A model generated the notes under the pieces. It searched no databases and was not told the DNA's origin. It was given only the letters and a program-made list of their open reading frames with translations. The translations under genes and the position numbers were made by a program. A stretch of 64,000 bases of DNA from Tubulanus polymorphus (lineage: Eukaryota; Animalia; Nemertea): assembly GCF_964204645.1 (NCBI RefSeq), contig NC_134026.1, positions 26,012,150 through 26,076,149 on the forward strand, read 5' to 3'. Shown piece by piece: positions 55,991 through 64,000 of the stretch (its first letter is position 1; each line of letters opens with the position of its first letter).

Positions 55991-56018
55991 CTTTCGCCGC
56001 CATTTTGAAACTTCCGGG
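55991..56018. promoter_or_regulatory. Putative bidirectional promoter core between CENP-C and HAUS3
   Basis: CTTTCGCCGCCATTTTGAAACTTCCGGG contains overlapping E2F/CDE-like TTTCGCCGCC, YY1 GCCGCCATTTT, CHR TTTGAA and ETS CTTCCGG motifs. Confidence 0.45.
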
Positions 56019-56313
56019 AACAAATACAATTCAATAAATTTTAATTACCAAATCCGTAATCAATCTACCAAATAATTGTGATGAACATACTGAAAGGTAT
56101 AGATCATACATTTCTATACACTATTGAAGTGAAAAAAATCAAAAATGAATGATGTGAAAACGATTAAAACGATCACATTTATTGGCAAGACGGACTAAAT
56201 ACCGAAATAACCTGACAGAATTTACAAATTACCACTTAGCACGATAGAAATAATGGCTTATTTCCGCAAATAAATGAACGCATCACTATTTTGATTACAG
56301 GAGGAGCTGCAAT

Positions 56314-59268
56314 ATGAATGGAGGGCATTTTGTTGAGACGCTCAGAAGGCTTGGCTATCCGAATGCTGACAAACTAAATCGCTCTGCATTCGATTGGATG
56401 TTTGAAAGTGGGAATATGGCACCATTCCTTGAGTGGTTTTGTACAAGTTTGGATTCTAAGAATAGGCTAAGTCCAGAAAAATGGAAAAGGCAAGATTATC
56501 AAAGAAAATTTCATGAAATCTACTCTAAAATTATCTGTACTGCCAATAATAAAAAGTTGATAATTGTTTTATAGGTATCAGGCTCTACCAAAAACTGCTG
56601 TACTTGAAGGACAACAGTTGATTGACAATCTTAAAATTCGGAAATCCGATGAACCAAATGAACAACAAATTATGTAAGTTATCATGCTCATTTGATATAC
56701 ATAATATCATTATATTCAAAAAGTTATTGACTCTAAACAATTTTTTTTTAAGTGAACAAATAGAGGAACTGGAACAGGAAATTGAAGAAGAAGATGATAT
56801 ATGCTCACATTTAGTTCATCAAAGCGATTGTCAAATGTACGTTGAGCTTAAATTGTACGAATAATGTTGTTATGAATTAAACATGATTTATTGGTCCTTG
56901 AAATGTTATTTCCATTACAGTTTGCACCAAGCAAAACTGAATCACAGAATTTCTGAACTTGATAAAGTTGTAACTCGACGAAAGCATCAATATGATCGAA
57001 TATGTGATGAGATAGAGTGTTCTGATAGAATGGTAAGTGCTTTATTCCTTTTAGATTACAAGGGATGCACATAATTCGTTCCTCATTTGAAAAATGTAAT
57101 TTACATGAATGATGATACATTTCATATACTGTTTCAGTTAAACTCCTGTCTACAAACTCTTGAGGTCGATGTCAGAAATATAAGTGATTTATATGCGGGC
57201 AAGTCAAATAGTGATGTCACATTCCTTTATCGACAATCGCTAGATAAGTATAGACTTGCCGAACAAGAATACATGGGAGGTCTTAAGGAGTTCTCGAAGA
57301 GGATTTTTGCTAATGTAGTAAGTTTTAGAATTCCAGATCTGGTGTCGAGCTGTAATAATGTAAGATGATAAGTGTTAGTTCAGTGTAAAATTAATTTATT
57401 TTTCATTGTTCTACAGGATGTCAATGCATCAACTGGAGATGTGTCTAGTTTGAATTCAACACTTCTCTTACACAGTGATAACGTTCAACAACAAGTTATT
57501 GACAACAAAGAATTAAATCGTTTGTACATGATGTAGGTACATCTTGAATTTTGAAGAAATGCGATCATCAATTCATATGCCTTTGACCTTCATTCCTCGA
57601 GTTTGCTATTCATATTTTAACAGATATCCTAAATCAACTATGAATTGGATTCTTAGTGTTGCTGAGCTGAGACAACTAGAAGCACAACAAAACTTTATGG
57701 CAAAACAGCGAAGGCTCTTATTTGGAGGTCATTTGCCGTATGTTTGTGATATAACCACACTCGGGTATGTAAATTTCAGTTTTTGATAGATATTCATAAG
57801 TTTCGACTTTTTTGCATTCAGATTTTTAAGCAACAGTATTATATAGATCAGACAAATACATTCAGTACTTTTGATTATAGGCAAATACAACGTGATCTTC
57901 AGACAAAATTTATATCAGTAAAAAATCAGTGTTGTTCAGTTATTGAAGAAAAGCTGAGAGGACTAGTTCTAATGGGTGCAGAATGGCAGAGAAATAAAGT
58001 GTTAGCCGGTGACTGTGACTTGAAACTGGTTAAACAAAATGAATTTACATCCAAACAAACACAAGTATGTTCTGGTGTCAGAAAGGTTTAAGATTCTAAA
58101 TTTTAGTCAAAGAACAGCGAAGACAAAAAACTGCCTCATTATTTTCAGCTCATTGACTTCCTATTGAAGCATAATGCACGTGTTGTATTTATGAACACTG
58201 CACTGGAGTTAGATCATCAGCGACATCAAGATACAAATGTTTTACTCACTGATGTGAAAAGAGAACTCCGACAAATGGTTGAAAATCATCACAGTCAGAT
58301 GGTAAATTCAATTTCCTTGAATTGATTATTGAATCTTTTACTCTCTTGTCAAAATTTTGCCCCTAACTCATGCCTGCTATCGCTTCTATAGAGCCTCTGG
58401 AAGGCAATCAAGGACCAGACATACATCTTCTCCGATGAAGATTCCGGGACTGTTGATGCTGAAAATCAATTTATGCACGGTTTGTTCTATATTCTTGGTA
58501 AGTTGAGAGATTTTAGATTCTGCATCTAATGGATTTTCTACATACATGTATTTGTATTACTCAGACGTCTCTATCATTATTATCTTAGTTTCAGCAGAAA
58601 AAGCTAAGGCCAGTCAATTACTTGTTACTCACAATGACGTACTAGCAGCGGCTAGCAATCTTATCGAGCGAAAACAAAATTTGCAGAAATCTATTACCAT
58701 TGCTGAATCGATTCAATTACAGAATGTGAATAAGATGTAAGTAACCGAAGAAGATTTCAATAGTCAAACTTAACATAAAATAAAGTTGGTAATCCAAGAA
58801 GGTATAATGTGTCTTATAGGGAACAGCAGCTTCTATCAGTGGATGACATGTTGTTTAATTGTTATACATCCGGTGGAGGAATACCACTCAGTCCGGAATC
58901 TCTACAGATTCTCATTCATTCACTTGAGACGAGCCTTTCAACTCTAGAACAAGCCATGAAAGGAATCATCCGAAATATAACAGAAAAGGACCGTGTGAGT
59001 ATTGTGTCATAATTTATCGATAATTTTTTCGTGTTTTTAGCCTTGAAATAATCATAGATTGTATTTATCTTTTTAGCGACTATCACTCTGTCAATACGAG
59101 AAAACAGAAAGGCAACTTTTCATCTATTTCTTCAACGATCCTAATAAACTTGAACAGACAATTAACAAATTGAAAACAGATCTAGATACGCTCATAAGTG
59201 CAAACCGTAATTGTAAGACGGCTCCAACGCCTAAAAAGTCCTTTGGGGCATTTTTTTCACCCTCTTGA
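56314..59268 (+). CDS. HAUS3: HAUS augmin-like complex subunit 3
   Basis: N-terminus MNGGHFVETLRRLGYPNADKLNRSAFDWMFE...FLEWFC; internal VLAGDCDLKLVKQNEFTSKQ; C-terminal ERQLFIYFFNDP; about 13 small exons; stop at 59266-59268. Confidence 0.88.
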
Positions 59269-60069
59269 AATCATCTCAGAAGGTGAAAAGTGGTGTTTTT
59301 AAATTTAAAAAGCAATCTAAATGTAAATACCGTAAATCTCCATGGCTGTGAGTCTTGCTAAAAGGCATGAATATAAACCTATTAAATGTCTAATGAATCA
59401 CTGGTATATGGTGCGGGATCAAATTTTTCTGGATTATCTTAATACAAAATAGAATTTAGTATTGTGCCAAAAAAGTATTTTTAATTTCAAACATACCTGG
59501 AAACAATATAGAAATGATATTTATTCAGTTGAGTATTCATATACTACGAAAGTAAAGCCCACGTGTCCAGATCTAATGAAAAAATTTGATCCAGAATGAA
59601 ATATGATATTTTACTTGGATGTAAATTTATATGTGTAGATAAATAATAATAATAAATAATGTCTGGATTTGACTGTAAATAAGGAATGTGTAACATAAAT
59701 TATTTTGTTTACAGTACATTTGCATGGACAGAATACAAGTTTGTGAATAAATTTGGATTTTCATCTCATTCTTTGTTTTGATTAGTAAAATATGTGTATA
59801 TGTCGGTATCAGCTTTAGATTATGCGATTACACACCTTGAAAATTCATCAACTATCATGTATGCCGTCATTAGTCTCTACAACCCCACTTCACAGCATCT
59901 AGTGACACAATGAAGCAGCCTATTAAAGGCCAATAAGCCTTGTATCTGGTTGTAAAACTCGATACATAATCAGTCCAGTCAGTTTCCAACATCAGCACAG
60001 TCCATTCTGCACTATGTCGTGTCCTGTGGAGAAACATGCTCCCAAAATCAGATCCCACGCGTCCAATTG

Positions 60070-60244
60070 TAGTGGAACCTCATTAAAACGAACATCAAGG
60101 GCACCAGAAAAGGTGTTCATTTTAACTGAGTGTTCGTCAAACCTGGTGTAAAATAATTAGATTGTTCCTATTTGGGACAGAATTCTAGGTTTGTAATAAC
60201 CAAAAATTGTTAAATCCCTGAAGTTTTTTTAATGAGGTCCACTA
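60070..60244. mobile_element. Degenerate Tc1/mariner-pogo-type MITE related to the 23526-23709 element
   Basis: TAGTGGAACCTCATTAAAA ... TTTTAATGAGGTCCACTA; shares the AGTGGAACCTC terminus and has a similar length (about 175 bp). Confidence 0.6.
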
Positions 60245-60444
60245 TTATTTCTGTCTTCTAGCCCAACTGCACTCCGTGTACCCAATTGGTACCAATTCAA
60301 CAAAATGAATGATAAGGCACATTGGTTTCAAAAAATTCCAGCTTAAGACATGAATTACTGACTAACATCACAAAATAAATACATCTCACTCAAAGCTTTA
60401 TTTGATGTGAACTAATAATACAACAAGTATTCAATGTTCCCTTT

Positions 60445-61119
<675 letters not shown>

Positions 61120-62251
61120 AGTAGTAATTAGTTGTGGATGGCCGACGTAATCAGTAATTAAGCTGAACAGCGGTGAGCCCGAACTTCGATGTTCAACGAA
61201 AGGTGTTTTCCAAAGAGACCACGTGCGAGGTTTCAGGCGATTACATTCAACCTATGGGTAAGGTAGATTAGTGTGGATGCATTAGTAAAATGTTATATTT
61301 TAAAGGTACATATGTTTTTTAACGTTAAATATCATATATGTTAGAAATAGTATTATTAGTAATATATTATGTTATTTGGTGTCTGACTCTGTCTTCAAGA
61401 TGTCAACTTTGACATTGCGCCGTTCGAGTATTCAAGTATCTACCCTCTATAACTTGATATCTTCGAATGTTATGCTTCGTGTATTTGATCTAAATTAGTT
61501 GGGATTTGTGACCTTTGAGTAATCTAGAATTCTTGTTTTTGTGAATCTATTGTGATAGAATTCCCAATTATAATGATTTCCTTTAATCTAGAAATTCATC
61601 TAAGTTCTGTGAAATAATTTCTGAATCTTCTCTCTTTTAGTGGAGATTATCAAACACAGGAAGCCAGTTCCCACGTCCCCAAATGCCAAAATGGATGTCA
61701 GTGCAGCTCGATTTATTCATTCGGAGGTATTTTTATACATATTTAACCCAAAGAGAGCCTAATCTCCTATTATTATACGTTTTAATTCTTAACCAATGCA
61801 TATACTATGATTCTGTTGCGAGATAATGTCTGGTCAATCGTCAATTAAACCGGGAATAGTGTTATTGATATCCTAAAAACTATTATTATTAGTACTTGTT
61901 GTTGTTCTCGTTGTTGACGGACAGGGACGGGAGAGTAGAGTAGTGACTAAGAATTCGCGGACCGTGACCTGACAGAAGGTGGCGCAGCTAAAAAAAAACT
62001 AAAAATATTGGCCTCTTCGACGTGGTTATCTAATAAATAGTAATACCAATTTGTGATGTTATTGATAGAATTCTTTTGGAACATATCTGGATGGATATTG
62101 TGGTGTTATATGATTGCGTGAGAATCACTTTTAGAAGGTTTGCCTGCTATGTGTCTAGGCAGGTTTTCATACAAGGGTTATGAGTGAACATATCGCCATT
62201 TAGTTGTGACAGCCATATGAACTATGAACATATATTTTGTTTTTTTAGAGA

Positions 62252-64000
62252 ATGAAGCTTCTTAATTTCATCACTGCTGCTGTCATTTTATTGGCATATT
62301 GGCCTGCAGTTGAAGGATTTTATATACCTGGGGTTGCCTCCGTAGAATTCCATAAAGGCGATGTTGTAGATGTTAAGGTAAAATGCATCTAAGAAATTAG
62401 TTTGAAAATATGTGCAAGTAAAGGTTTTGATAAATTTACCCCGGTATTTGTTTCCAGGCAGTAAAGATGACAAGCACTCACACGCAGTTACCATATGAGT
62501 ATTATTCATTACCATTCTGTAAGCCAGAAGGAGAAATTGTCTATAAGGCAGAAAACTTGGGTAAGTCTTCAATTCACTGACCCTTGAGGTCAGGTTCCTA
62601 TTCTACGTCTGTGAATTCTCAAAAAGTTGATTATGTCTATGTATGGATGTTTGATTATCTAGGTGAGGTACTACGAGGGGATAGGATTGTGAACACCCCG
62701 TATAAAGTAAGTACCAGTATCCATTCATTGAAACTACTTTCCTACACTACTCGCCAATTGAAAATCTTTCAAATATTGAATTATTTACCCCGTAGGTTCT
62801 CATGGATGAAAATATGCCTTGCGAATTGCTCTGTAAAAAAGAACCAGGAAATGTTGTTGTTGTCAAAGAAAAAGAGGCCGCCACAATCATTGAACGAATA
62901 TCAAATGATTATTATGTACATCTGTAAGTTTATTCATATTCATTTTTGTCAATAGTTTTCCTTAAAAGACTGAAGACTCATTTAGTTGATTATTTCTTTT
63001 CAGATTGATTGATAACTTGCCGTGTGCTACCAGATTCCAGTTGATGGACACGAAAGAAATTCAATATGAACACGGATACAAACTTGGGTATATTGGAAAG
63101 GACAAAAGAGCATACATCAACAATCATCTGAAAATACTTCTCAAATATCACTCGGAGGATTTGTAAGTTCTTTCTAATTGAACTGTGACTTCCCGAAATT
63201 CATATTGCATCATAATTGACGATTGTTGTGGTAAAGATTTACCTAAATCTAATTTCCTAATAATGTAAATATTACTCTTTGTTTAACAGGAATACATACC
63301 GAGTTGTTGGCTTTGAAGTAGAACCAATGAGGTATTTTTTAAATGCTGGAAACAAGTTAGGTTGTACTCTGTAATTATCTGATACCACTCCTTTGCTTTT
63401 GTAATTTTTCAGTATTGAAACTGGTCAATTGAAACTTGAACAAAATAAATGTAAAGCTGATGCTATAAAGAAAATCGTTCCACCTCAAGTAATCGACCCT
63501 AAAGGTAATTTCATCTAGATATGCTAGTTGTAAAATTTTGGTAATCTTGGTGTGTCGAAATCTACCTGTCCTCAGTATTGTCATTGCATCAAAAAAATTT
63601 GTTTTATAGGAGAAACGAAGGTCATGTTCACCTATGAAGTGGTTTGGACCCCGAGCAAGATTCAGTGGGCCTCGAGATGGGACACATACCTCACAATGAG
63701 TGATGTTCAAATTCATTGGTTCTCTATCATCAACTCTGTCGTTGTTGTCTTCTTTTTGGCAGGTATATATTTAAACTTATAACAGTGCAAACAGTGAAAT
63801 GATACTCCGTATAAAAACAGTCATGAGGAAATATATTGAATATTTCTAGGTATTCTGACAATGATTATTGTGCGTACACTTCGCCGTGACATCGCAAAAT
63901 ACAACAAAGATGAAGACCTCGTAAGTTTAGACTGCGGCTCCGTATCTATTCATGCATATGTTTTCTGTAATGTGTTTTGAATGATCTAAAGCATGTTTCA
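62252..64000 (+). CDS. TM9SF4: Transmembrane 9 superfamily member 4 (5' part; continues past the window end)
   Basis: [29 protein letters not shown]...[13 protein letters not shown]...[18 protein letters not shown]...IDNLPCAT...[51 protein letters not shown], across about 10 GT-AG exons. Confidence 0.92.

Noticed and set aside
59416-59592. About 14 bp inverted repeat GGATCAAATTTTT...AAAAATTTGATCC downstream of HAUS3
   Set aside because: Short and AT-rich with no clear target-site duplication; insufficient to call an element.

Overview
AT-rich, gene-dense eukaryotic (invertebrate animal, lophotrochozoan-like by inference) genomic DNA with mostly short (about 70-110 nt) spliceosomal introns; no prokaryotic, CRISPR or rRNA features. 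Genes in order: a BCL3-like nuclear IkB with a very long C-terminal extension (-); an IL-17-receptor-like gene whose short cytoplasmic tail lacks a SEFIR/TIR domain (-); two tandem giant class C GPCR genes (-), each about 2,800 aa with FIVE Venus-flytrap (VFT) domains in series joined by 3-Cys mini-linkers and ending in one 7TM domain; a membrane-tethered IgGFc-binding/mucin protein (-); a vanin/biotinidase-family amidase (+); a class C 7TM receptor with no VFT (+); PPM1D/Wip1 (-); CENP-C (-); HAUS3 (+); RPS20 (-); and the 5' part of TM9SF4 (+). Non-coding features include long microsatellites, several MITE-like inverted-repeat elements and a tRNA-derived hairpin. The best candidate for an undescribed system is the penta-VFT receptor pair plus the nearby VFT-less class C receptor. 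All exon structures were read by hand, so boundaries may be off by a few bases.
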